64,000 nucleotides of DNA, taken from Malacoraja senta (Eukaryota). Below are positions 51,970-63,970 of this stretch, one piece after another. The stretch covers positions 125,488,001 to 125,552,000 of the forward strand of contig CM075977.1 in the NCBI GenBank assembly GCA_038087875.1, read 5' to 3'. The first letter of the stretch is position 1. Each line of letters opens with the position of its first letter. The position numbers and the translations under genes were made by a program. A model generated the notes under the pieces. That model made no database searches, was not told where the DNA came from, and worked only from the letters and a program-made list of their open reading frames with translations.

Positions 51970-53831
51970 GTAAGTTCAAATCCAATTCTATTTTTGGTAT
52001 GAAATAGAAAAATAATTTTATAAGATTTCTTGAATTGTTTTTACCTTTTTATTTGTTACATTGCAATTAAGACCATTACTGTAAGAAAAAGTGCATGTTC
52101 TTAACTAAAGGAAGCATTTTCAGAATTTAAAATATATCAGATACCAGCAATGATGAGTGAAAAGGGTACCTGTGTCCCGTAAGCCCTCGATCAGAGAATT
52201 CTAATGAATCATTGCAAGGAGAGCTTTAGACAAGGGTTACTTAAATGTGAAATTGAAATAGCTGAAATTGACATGAAAAGTGTGGGTTTTAAAAGAGAAT
52301 GGTGGGCAGAACAGTATTGCATGACTACAGAACCTAGAAATAAATTGCAAAGATGGAAAAGGGAAAATCTATTGGAATTCTTGTAAATGTGAGTAAAGAA
52401 TTTGAAATTAGTGCAGTGATGGATATGGAGTTTAGTCATTTTTCTGAGGACTGAAATAATGGGAGAATGGGTATCATTTGGGATAGAATATGTATAATGG
52501 AATTTGGTTTCACATCCTGGAAAGCTTGCAAATTGTTAGTGAGAATACTTGAGTCATAAGGCAGGAAAGGTATGGTGAAAATGAGCTGTAGTGGTACATA
52601 TTTAAGAATAGATATACAGTGCCACGCCTGTATATAGACAGTCATGTTAATGGTAGGATGGAGGCTTTTACTATCAGTATGGGTGTCAGAGGTTATGGGG
52701 AGAAGGCAGGAGAATGGGGATAGGAGGGAGAGAGATCAGCCATGATTGAATGGCAGAGTAAACTTGAAGGGCCGAATGGCCTAATTCTACTCCTATTCCT
52801 TATGACCTTATCATCAGCCTAGGGACAAGCAAGGCACTAATGTGCACAAGCAACCAAGGAGAGAATAAAGTTCATTACATGTCCGGAGAAAATTTGACTT
52901 GAAATCAATTCTTCCTCTTAAATTTTAAACATCATTCAGTTGAATGGTCGCAGTTGAAGAATCAAGTGTTTTGAGGAGGTGACAAAGGTGATCGATGAGG
53001 GTAGGGTAGTAAATTTTGTCTACATGGATTTTAGTAAGGCATTTGGTAATCTCCCATGGTAATCTGACCCAGAAGATTAAAATGACCTGGTCTGACTGGC
53101 TTAATGTCGGAAAACAAAGGGTTGTGGTGGAAGGACAATATTCAGGATGGAAATGGACGTAGTCAGATTGGTTAGTGAATTTGAAGATGATACCCAAGAT
53201 TGGTGAGTCCAACCATGTGTGTTAAAGACTATTGCATTCATAGCCTAATTCAGCTAGGAGTGCAAATTGGATGATCTTGGCTTCCTCCTGAAACCCCACC
53301 ATCACAGAAGTCAATCCCCACCCAATTTGATTCTATCCATTGATTATCAATAAAAGCTGAGAGCATGGGAAACAGCAAAAACAATGAGACATGATGACAT
53401 CCTGGCTGTAGTGCTGAACACCTGTGCTCCAGGGACTAGTTGCATCTGAAACCAATCTGTTCTAGTAAATGACAACTGTGGCATCTACTCTAATTTAAAA
53501 AAAGGTATGGGAAATCCAATCTGACTAATTAACTAATCAGTCTATTTTCAGCCATCAGCAAAGCATTAGAAGCTGCTGTCCTAATTGCTCTCGTGCCACT
53601 TTCTCACCAATCATCTTTTCAATTATGTTCATTTTGGGATTTTGCCATGATTATTCTGCTCCATTGTACTTTAGTCCAAAAAATGGCCTTAGAGCTGAAT
53701 TCTAGAAGTGAGAGCGACCACCCCTGACATTGATAAATGATTAACTGTGGCATCAAGGAGCCCTGGTAAAGCTGATTTCAATGGACATTATAATGCTTGG
53801 AGTTTATCCAATGATTGGAGGGAGAAGTTTC

Positions 53832-54161
53832 TCGCAAATATGGTAGTCGGGGTCTGAAATGTGCTGCCTGAAGAGGTGTTGAAGACTGATACTCACAACA
53901 GTTAACAATCATCTGGACAAATACCCGAATCACCAAGGCACAGAATGTTACCGACCTATTGTGAGTCAATGGAAGTAGCCTGGATAGGTACAGTTTGGAT
54001 AGGTACTATCCAGATTAATTCCATTGACTCACAATAGGTCCATAACATTCTGTGTCTTGGTGATTCAGGTATTTGTCTAGATGATTGTTAAATGTTGTGA
54101 ATATCTGTCTTCAACACCTCTTCAGGCAGCACATTTCAGACCCCGTCTACCATGTTTGCGA
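53832..54161. repeat. Foldback inverted duplication (~155-bp arms) within an old CR1 3' fragment
   Basis: Arms are reverse complements, about 13 mismatches by eye, with a short loop. Confidence 0.95.
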
Positions 54162-54789
54162 TGGATACTATGATATGGTCGCCAAAGGGCCTGTTTCTCT
54201 TCTATATCACTCAATGACATACCTCCAAGGAAAAGAAGTGGTTGTGGAGGTTGGGGGTCGGTCATCCCAGTCCCAGGAGCTTAATCCAAGAGTTCCTCAG
54301 ACTGTTTCTTAGGCCTGATTGTCAATTATCTTTCTTCAGTCACAGGTTCAGAAGCGGGGATGCTTGTTGATTGTACAGTGTTCAATTTAATTTGAACCTT
54401 GTCAGAAATGGCTAGTATGTTTCATGCCATATAAGTGCTAGGTAAGGACAATAGGGAGTCTTGTTGCAGATCATAGGATCTATCATGACCTTCATTGGCT
54501 TTAGCATCACCAAGTCCCCCACCATAATAATCCTGAGATTCACCATTGACTAGAAACCAAGGCCAGCACTTAAATACTTTTGCTCAAAGTCTGGGCATCC
54601 TGAGCTGCCACCTAAGGCCTTTTCAGAAACATCAAATGTGATTTATCTAAACCTTTAAAACTTCTGATTTTCAAATTGCTTTATTATTTAATTAGTATTT
54701 CAAGTTTGAATATGTCACTATTATTTGAATAATGTTCCTTTTAAGCAAAACAATTGTAAGCAAAAAAAAAATGAAGGAACATCAGCCAA

Positions 54790-56814
54790 GTGAGATGTTT
54801 TTAAGTGTGCTGACAAAAGCTCAGGATATGCACGTCCTAGTTAGAGTGAAAGGCAAGGCAGGCAAACGTAAGGAAGCTGGGCTGATGAGAGAAATTGAGG
54901 TATTGGTCAAGAATAAGAAGGATGCATGGGACCGGTATAGGCAGCTGGATCAAGTGTATCCCTGGAGGAGTTTCAGGAAGTAAGGAGCAAAGTATAAAAG
55001 GAAATCAGAAGGGCAAAAAGGGGCCAGGAGATAGTTCTGGCAGATAGTATTAAGGACAATCTCAAGAGATTTTTTGAATACATAAGGGGGAAAAGGGTAA
55101 CGAGAGAGAGTGGGATTCAAAGCAGTCAACTCACAGGAGATGGGGAAGGTCCTCAATGAGTATTTCTCCCCTGTATTTACCAAAGGAGTAACTTGGGGTA
55201 GTCAATGGAAGTGTCTTTAGAGCAGTCAGCATTACGGTCGAAGAGTTGTTGTAGGTACTATCGTGTATGAAGATAGACAAATCTCCAGGACCTGATCAGA
55301 TATATCCGAATACGTTGTGGGAAACCAGAGAGGAAATTGTGGGAACCCTGGTTGAAATACAGGAGAGGTGCCGGACGACAGAAGGGTGGCAAATGTTGTG
55401 CCTCTTTTCAAGAAGGTCGTGAGGGAAAATGCTGGGAATTATAAGCCAGTGAGCTTAACATCTGTAGTTGGAAAGTTACTAGAGAGTATTCTGAGGGATA
55501 GGATATACAAGTATTTAGACGGACAAGGGCTGATTAGGGATAGTGAACATTGCTTTGTACGTGAGAGGTCGTGTCTCACAAATCTGATTGAGTTTTTTAA
55601 AGGCGTGACCAAAAAGATCGATGAAGGCAGAGCTGTAGATGTTGTAAATGTTGAGGATGTTGTATATGTTGATGTTGAGGACTTCAGCAAAGCATTCAAC
55701 AAGGTTCCGCGTGGTAGGCTGCTCTGGAAGGTTAGATCACGCAGGATCAAAGGAGAGATAGCTGAATGGATAGAAAATTGGCTTCATGGAAGAAAGCAGA
55801 GGGTGATGGTGGAAGCTTGCTTCTCAGAATGGAGGTGTGTGACTAGTGGTGTGCCTCAGCGTTTGGTGCTGGGCCCCTTACTGTTTGTCATCTATATCAA
55901 TGATTTGGATGAGAACATACACGACAAGATTAGCAAGTTTGCAGACGATACAATGTGCGTGGTTTTGCAGATAGCGAACATGGTAGTGAAAAATTGCAGC
56001 AGGATCTTGATCTTATGCGATTGGCCAGGTGGGCTGAGGAGTGGTTGATGGAATTCAATGCAGAGAAATGTAAGGTGTTGCATTTTGGGAAGTCTAACAT
56101 GGGCAGTACCTACGCAGTGAATGGTAGGGCTCTGGGGAGTGTTGTAGAGCAGAGGGATCTAGGCGTGCAGGTGCATGGCTCATTGAAGGTGGAGTAGCAG
56201 GTTGATCGGGTGGTCAAAAAGGCTTTTAGCACATTGGCCTCATGAGCCAGAGTATTGAGTATAGAAGCTGGAAGATAATGTTGCAGTTGTATGAGATGTT
56301 GGTGAGGCCACATTTAGAGTAATGTGTTCAGTTCGGGGCACCGTTATAGAAAGACGTTGTCAACCTTGGAAAGGGTACAGAGAAGATTTACGAGGATGTT
56401 GCCAGGACAGAGGGTCTGAGCTATAGGGAGATGTTGAGTAGGCGGGGACTCTATTCCTTGGAGCACAAGAGGATGATGGGTAAACTTATAGAGGTGTATA
56501 AGATCATGAAAGGAATAAATCGGATAGATGCCCAGTCTCTTGCCCAGAGTAGATGAATCGAGGACTAGAGGACATAGGGGGAAAGATTTAATAGGAATCT
56601 GAGGGTAACTTTTTCACACAAAGGGTGGTGGGTGCATTGAACAAGCTGCCAGAGGAGGGACTTTCCCAACATTTAAAAAACAGACAAGGTACATGGATAG
56701 GGCAGGTTTGGAGGGATATGGACCAAAGGCGGGCAGTAGGACTTGTGTATCTGGGACATGTTGGCCGGTGTGGGCAAGTGGGCTGAAGGGAATCACTGTA
56801 TTACTCTATGACTC
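54790..56814 (+). mobile_element. CR1 LINE, 5'-truncated, decayed
   Basis: ORF 55368-56048 with RT motifs (NYKPVSLTS, DFSKAFNKVP, KFADDT); the 3' tail ends about 150 nt before the APC exon. Confidence 0.92.
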
Positions 56815-56960
56815 AATAAAGCATTAATGCCATCTTTTCACCTCCCCAAAGCTATAATCAAACTTTCTTACGTGAATTTATAATTGTTCTCAAAGTAATG
56901 TGTTTTGGTGTCACCATCTCAATGTTTATGCAAACTATTGAATTGGTCAACTTTGGACAG

Positions 56961-57076
56961 TTTTCTCTGCAGACAGACATGACTTAGGAAGGCAATTAGA
57001 GTATGAAGCACGGCAAATTCGATCTGCCATGGAGGAACAACTGGGAACATGTCAGGATATGGAGAAGCGAGCTCAG
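56961..57076 (+). CDS. APC: APC coding exon (FSLQTDMT[RR]QLEYEARQIRSAMEEQLGTCQDMEKRAQ) with apparent +2 frameshift and TAG at 56985-56987
   Basis: Both halves match human FSLQTDMTRRQLEYEARQIRVAMEEQLGTCQDMEKRAQ. Length is 116 nt versus the 114 expected. Acceptor ggacag|, donor CAG|gtagta. Confidence 0.93.
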
Positions 57077-58927
57077 GTAGTATCAAAATTATGCAATTAA
57101 AATATATATTTTTTAATGTCAAACATCATCATGGCATATAAGGCCATTGGCACACCATTAACTGCCATCCCTGCTAAGCCATCCAGTTAGTCCTGATCCC
57201 CCACACTATCTTCATGATCTTTCCTTTAATTTGCTTAAGTGCCTATTCAATTTCTTTTAAAATAATTGATCATCTCTCTCCCACTGTTCTCATCATAATT
57301 CCAGTTCATTACCACTGCAACATAAAAGAAAAAAATTATTCGCATTCCTTCAACAACTCTCGACCAAAATATAAAACTGTATCTGGCACTGCCAGACTTT
57401 GCTGGGATTTCCCAACGTTCTCCATATTTCAAATCTTTAGCAAATGCTGTGTTCTGTACCTTATATGTTGTGTGTATATTTTGCGTCGTTTTCTGTCAAA
57501 GCTAAACAAAATATGCAAAGAATTTCACTCACAAATGTATAATTTTTTAATTGAAAAGGAGACTATTCTCTTTTAATCAATTCTGTATCATTTAGCCGTT
57601 GGAGCTTTCTTTACATTAAAACCTGAAGGTAGCTTTTAGGTGAGAAATAAAAGCGGGGTCACCTTCCCTGTATTCAATAAAATTAAGTTGATCTGTTCTC
57701 AGCCTCATCTACATCTCCCTATCTGTTAGATTCATAAAGGTGTACAGCCAGGAAATAGGCCTCTTTGCCTGCCTCATCCATTCTTACCATGTTATCTGTC
57801 CTCTCAATTCCATTTGTCGTTAACCTTTATGCCTTCTCAGTGCCTGCCAAAATACCTTTTTGATATCTACCACATCTGGCAGCTCATTTCCAGGTAACCA
57901 TCATCTTCTGAAGAAAATTATTCAGCAGTTACCAGTAGTAAGCTGGTGCATGTCTTCTACATTCTTTCTATTGCTACCACACCCTTCCAGTAGTGCAGCA
58001 TTCAGAACTGTACATAAGACTCCAAATGCAGTCTAAACAAGTCCAAACAAGTTTTGTACAGCTGTAACATGGCATCCCATCTCTTATATTCATTGCTTCA
58101 GCACATGAAAGAAAGCATGGTAAATTTCATTATCCTATCTACCCTTGTCACTACTTCATTGAGCTATTAACTTACATCCTAAGGGACCTCTGTAGATCAT
58201 TGCTCTCAAGGTCCTGTTGTTTGTTCTATATATATTTTCAGAATTCGACTTTGTAGTACTTCACACTTTTCTGGATTAAATTCCATCTGCCACTGCTCCA
58301 CCAAAGTTTTCAACTAATCTGTGTCCCACTGTATCATTGGTCAACTTTCTTCACTATCTATGACTTCCAATTTTCATGTCACCTGCAGACTTACAAATTG
58401 GACCACTTACATTCTCATCAAAGTCATTTTTTCAATTTGCAAAATCCACTTGAATTACCAAACGCGATTCTTGTAGTAGGTCACATGTTACAGACTTCAG
58501 ACGAAAAATCACCCTTACACCATTACCTTTTGCCTATCACTAAACCAATTTTCTATTCCATTGGCCGGTACATCGCAGATCCCACGTGATTTAACTTTCT
58601 TAAGCAGTCTGCTATGTTGGACCTTGTTAATTCTCCAGTGGTAGAAAAATCTGTCTCAACCTTGAATGTATTCAATGACTTAACTCCGTTATGTCAAAAA
58701 GGTAGAGAATTGCAAAAATTCATGTTGTGAGAGGAAATTATTTCTCATGACTTTGGAAAGATAAGAGTTTGTATTGATTTCAATGTTCAAAATATGATTG
58801 TAATATCACATAAACTTCAAAGATTAATTTTATTGTATTATTTACTGTTTTGTAAAGCGTAAAAGATCAAATCTGTTAACATAACAAACTTTCCATCGGA
58901 AAGAACATCAATATCCAAAATTATGAA

Positions 58928-59144
58928 ATGTGTAGGAAAGAACTGCAGATGCTGGTTTAAATCGAAGATAGGCACAAAATGCTGGAGTAACTCAGCGGGA
59001 CAGGCAGCATCTCTGGAGAGAAGGAATGGGTGACATTTCAGGTCAAGACCAGTCTGAAGAAGGGTCTTAACCTGAAATGTCACCCATTCCTTCTCTCCAG
59101 AGATGCTGCCTGTCCCATTGAGTTACTACAGCATTTTGTGTCTA
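58928..59144. mobile_element. Head-to-head inverted Penelope terminal-repeat insertion
   Basis: Minus copy 58931-59050 plus plus-strand copy 59051-59144; 16-bp TSD tatccaaaattatgaa at 58912-58927 and 59143-59158. Confidence 0.88.
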
Positions 59145-59224
59145 TCCAAAATTATGAATACTGCCACAGTTAACAGCGGAGAAGAGAGAGTTCCCTTTTC
59201 TAACTTTAGTTCATCCGAATGCAG

Positions 59225-59308
59225 ATGAGAGTTGTACGGATTCAGCAAATAGAGAAGGAAATGCTTCGTTTGCGCCAACACTTACACTCCCAAGCAGCAG
59301 AACCTGAG
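59225..59308 (+). CDS. APC: APC coding exon (MRVVRIQQIEKEMLRLRQHLHSQAAEPE)
   Basis: Aligns with human RRIARIQQIEKDILRIRQLLQSQATEAE. 84 nt, phase 0/0. Acceptor atgcag|, donor GAG|gtcagt. Confidence 0.93.
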
Positions 59309-60202
59309 GTCAGTTTGTCTTTATTTGATTTGGAAACTGTGAATTTATTCTAACTGCATTGTTGGTTTTGATTATTTGGACTTAAAGCAAGGCAGATTTA
59401 TTTCTGTGAATAATCTAATCAAGCAAAGTCTCATCTTGTTATGTAGAAAATAAGGCACTGTAGATGCTGGTTTACAAAAAAAATGTGCCGTTTCGGGTCA
59501 TGACCCTTCTACAGATTGAAGATGTCACCTATCATGTTCTCCAGAGATGCTGCCTCACTATCTGAGTTACTTCAGCACTTCGCATCTCAAGTTGTTTTAC
59601 TGGATTGTATAATATGTTTTCAACTGGGGTATCCATATGGAACTATAAGAATTTTCAAAAAAATAATTTACGTAAATATCTCACTTTTTAGAACTATCGA
59701 TGTTTGAGGGAAATGAAGTTATAGAATCTGGAATCATGCCATACTAAAATGTGCCATTTGGTTCACAACCTACCTAGCTGTGGGTTCGAGTTTGCAACCA
59801 CCCTGGATGGACTAGAAAATCCTCATTATCCCTTTAACCTTTCTTACTCTCCAACAAAAAACCTATACCTTCCTTTTTACATTATAGAGAACAAAATCTC
59901 TATTCACCCTTATTTGTTCCACTCATAAATGTCTATACATCTGGTACACCAGCATGAGTATGTTCTTCAGATATAATCCATTCATTTTGCCTGTGATGTA
60001 TGGGAAATACAGTGACAGCTGCATTAGACAATGGTTTCCCAAGATGGCGGTTGAAGTATCAGCCAAGTAGGTTGCAATATTGTGTAATCATCCATCGCAC
60101 CCCTTTATCATGATGGAGGATACTCATGCAAGATGAAACAGCTAAGAACTACTGCTTGGTCTACTGAGATTGTGATAATTGATCTCCAATCTTCCATAAT
60201 CA

Positions 60203-60945
60203 ATCACAATCACAATAATACTTTATTAGTCAAGTATGTTTTGCAACATACGAGGGATTTCATTTGCCAAGTCAGTCATACAAATAAAAAGCAATGGAAC
60301 ACCCATACTACATTTAACATAAACATCCACCACAGTGACTCCTCCACATTCCTCACTGCGATGGAAGGCGAAAAAAGTTCAAATTTCTTCCCTTCTACTC
60401 TCTCCCGTGGTCGGGGGCCTTGAATATTCCGGTTGACGGGACGATCTTGACTCCCATAGCCGGCGGTCGGGCCCTCTGCATCGGGGCGATCAGCTCCTGC
60501 ATCGGGGGGATGTCAACTCCCCTGCGCCGGCGATTGGACCCACACGTCAGGGCTGGTCGAGCCTCTGCGCCGTTGGAGCTCCCGACTAGCCTCTCCCGAG
60601 ACGGCGAGCCCTTGATGGTAAGTCCGCAGGCCACGGTTGGAGTGATCCCAAGCAAGGGATTGGCTCCGATGTTAAGTCCACACCCCACAGTGGGGCACAA
60701 AGTCAGTCCAAGGAGGCCTCCCAGCTCCATCGATGGTAGGCCACAGAGCGACCGGAGATGCGATCCAGAAAATAATCGCATCTCCGGCATGGTAAGAAAC
60801 TGAAAAAAAGTTTCCCCCGACCCCCACATAAACAAACCGGAGAACATTTACACAAACTTTTAACACGCATTAAAAATAAAACAAAAAGACGAAAAAACAG
60901 ACAGGCTGTTTGCGGAGCTGCCAATCGTGCAGCTCCCCTGGTGGC
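60203..60945 (-). mobile_element. GC-rich non-autonomous retroelement (related to the 36.3 kb and 46.5 kb inserts)
   Basis: (aatcac)n tail plus tttatt; blocks shared with 36260-36770; the 5' end resembles that of the 46455 insert. Confidence 0.55.
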
Positions 60946-61817
60946 ACAATCATCTTCCTTGTGCTGGATGTGACAACTGTGTTATCTCCAAGATGCCCAT
61001 TGACTTTAACCAGTGCTCCCTGGTGCCACCTTATCAAATGTTGCCTAAAATGTCAGGGGCAATTAGTATAATGTCAACTCTCAAACTCAGCTCAGCTCGG
61101 CAAACTCTGAAATTCAAATTCATGTTTGGATAAAACTGTGATGAGGTCTGGGTCAACCCAAACTGGAAATTATTAACTATTATTTGTGACTAAATTGCAG
61201 TTTGATGCCTTGTCGATGACTCCTTTCATTGCTTTACTGATAATTGATTACACCGGGCAGCATTTGGGCAAGGTGGAGCTGGGCAATTTTGTAAATCCTC
61301 ACATGGCAGCACAATCCTTATATACTGAAGGCAGAATGTTGTAGGATCACATAGTCTTTGGTGTATCCAGTGATCCAGTCACATCTTGAAATCATATGGG
61401 TGAACTGATTCTGCTAAAGGCTGGTTTATGTGATGTTGACAATGTTGGGACAAAATCAATGTGGTCCATCAGTCTGTTTAATGGCTGAATGAGGTGTAAA
61501 TGTTTCAACCTTGTTTTTAATATCCATGCACTTGTTTCTGTCATCACGGGGATTGTGATTGCTGTTGGATCTGGTGCTATTCTGTTAGAATTGGTATTAG
61601 ACAGGACTTGCGAAAGTTGATTGGAGTAGGTTGTTTGTAAACAAAGCCACTCTGGAATGACGGAATGCTTTAAAAAAAAAAAATGACGGTGAGAGTTCAA
61701 GATATGTAATGTTACTGTAAGAGAAGGCAAGAGAGGTTGGAGTAAGGTAACCTGGATGATAAGAGAAATTTAGGCAGGCTCTGGTCATGAAAAAGAGATA
61801 TTGCTGTTTATCATCTA

Positions 61818-63136
61818 CTAGACTAAGTGGGACCCTTGGGTCCCAGTCACATGGGAGGCCTGGTCCCCCAACGCAATATTCTACCACTCACCCCAATCCC
61901 CCAACGCAATATTCCACCACTCACCCATAGCCCCTAACTGCGCAGCCGCGGCTCATTTCCCCTCAACCCCGAGCACTCCCTCCCCTCCTCTTCTGTGTGG
62001 GAGGGGGGCAGGGAAGTGGGGTGTGTGGTGGGAGGGGAGGGGGGTGTTTGTGGCGGGGGGTATAGATGGGGTGAGGGGGGTATGGAAGGAGGGGTGGTAT
62101 GGGGAGGGTGGGGGTGGGGGGAAGGTGTGTATGTAGGCGGGTGGGGTGTGAGAGGTGGAGTATAAGTGTGGGAGGGGGATCTGTGTTGGGAGGAGGGTGT
62201 GTGTGGGCGGGGGGAGGTTTGCGTGTGGAGGGGGGGGTGTGTGTGTGGGGGTGTGGGTGGGGGGCGGTGTGCAGGGGGTTGTGGGAGGGTGTGGGGGAGG
62301 GAGGGAGTGTGTGGGCGGGGGCTGTGCAGGGGGTTGTGTGGGGGGCGGTGTGCAGGAGGGTTGTGTGGGCGGGCAGGCGGGCTTGTGGGGGGAAGGATGT
62401 GTGGCGAGGGGAGTTGTGGGGGGAGAGGGCTGGTGGGGCGGGGGGGGAGTGAGCTTGGAGAAAAGACGGGGAAGAGCCATGGGGAGAGGGGGGCATCACG
62501 GGGAGGGGGGAGGGGGATAGGAGCCAGCGAGAGGGACCAGAGGGATAGTGGCTGGAATTGGAGGTACGATGGGGACTCACAGCGGGCTCTGGGTCGCTGG
62601 TCGTTCTCCGCCGTGGATCAGAGTCTCCGCTTTCTGTTTAGCGACATCTCTGACTCCGGGGATGAGCTGGGTCTCCGACTCTGGGCTGGGCTGGGTCGGG
62701 TCTCCGACGTTGGGCTGCTGCTTGGGGCGGGGCTGCTGCTTGGGGCGGGGCGGCTGCTTGGGGCAGGGCGGCTGCTTCGGGTCCCTCCGAAAGCCTGGTT
62801 GGAAACCTCCGCCGGCCATCCTCAGTTCCAGTAAAGTCTCGATGGCGCAGGAAGGGGCGGACCTCCCCGGGGAGTGACAGGGGAAGAGACTAATCCACGC
62901 GGCGCCGACTGGCAGGAGAAGAGAGTGATCTGCGCGCGCGCGGTTTTTAAGATTTTTAAACCTCGCTAACGTTTACGACATTCACCCGATCGGAACAAAA
63001 CTTGGCGCACTCGCAGCACAGGAGAACGGTGAGTGAACTGGTGAAAAATCATAGCGCTATCGCGAACCGTTATTGCGCAAATAAAAAGACCGCCAAACCG
63101 GAAGATAACAAGATCAGAGTTTTGGTTATGTATAGA
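61818..63136 (-). mobile_element. Complete non-autonomous Helitron
   Basis: Minus strand: A|TCTATAC...GGGACCC-AA-GGGTCCC hairpin...CTAG|T. No TSD. Removing it restores the CR1 sequence tcatcta|tatcaatg (IYIN). Confidence 0.9.
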
Positions 63137-63239
63137 TATCAATGGCTTGGATGAGAATATAAAAGGCACAGAACAGTAATGCACAGGAACAGGGCCTTCA
63201 GCCAACATGATTTCAAAAGTCTTTTAAATGCCACTAACA

Positions 63240-63566
63240 TTAGGAATGTTACAAAATTTTGGGATTTTGAAAATCAAGCCTGTAATTTATCCCATCAGAT
63301 AAAGCATAAAAATAACTTTAATTTGATACCTAATTCACTTTCATATCTTCAGTATTAAAAAAAGTTATGGTCATTTTCATACTCTGAAATTAGCATCTTG
63401 TTCCCTATTGCTTTTCCATTGACTTAACACAAAAGCTGTGATCGAGGACAGTTAATTGACAAAAGCCCATAACTTTCTTAAAAATTAAGAGAACTGAATG
63501 AAATTTTCAGTTATTATAGATTGAAGCATTCTGAAACAAATATGAAACATCTTACTTGGATGACCT
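63240..63566. repeat. AT-rich interspersed repeat (probable DNA-transposon end), interrupted at 63567
   Basis: Abrupt AT-to-GC composition switch at 63567; family identity is from recall only. Confidence 0.35.
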
Positions 63567-63970
63567 TGTAGCCTGGACGAGGTCAGAAAAAGGCCAGACG
63601 CCAGGCGGGTTCAATCAGTAGACTTTTAATCCCAACAGCGAGAGTACACCACACACACACACACCTCGAGAGCACTAAATCCAGGGTCGTCTGGAAACCC
63701 CATGGCAGACCAGTGCCCCTGTCCCTCACTCGGCGAGGGGGATGATCTAAGGAGTGGCCTACCCCCCCCAGGGACCGCCACAGGACCCCCCCCCCCCCCC
63801 AAGTACCCGAGACACGAAACGGACAGGAGGGCGTACACGGCGGCCAGCCCGGGTGCACACCATGCCCGGCCCCGGAACAGGCGACTGACCAACAGGTGCA
63901 GGGGACGGAGTAGCCAGAGAAGGAGGTACCCTAGACAGAGGCCGCCCTCGCTTACGGGGCGGCGCTACCA
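63567..63970 (-). mobile_element. Possible LTR (Gypsy-like)
   Basis: Begins tgtagc, ends gctacca; ATTAAA on the minus strand near 63625-63630; no TSD recognised. Confidence 0.35.

Noticed and set aside
56961-57076. Calling the whole locus an APC pseudogene
   Set aside because: Four other exons have intact frames, phases and splice sites with conservative substitutions; a single doubled-base lesion fits sequencing error better.
61953-62877. Long Pro/Gly-rich ORFs (175-222 aa)
   Set aside because: These are stop-poor low-complexity G/C tracts inside the Helitron, open in several frames, with no recognisable domain.
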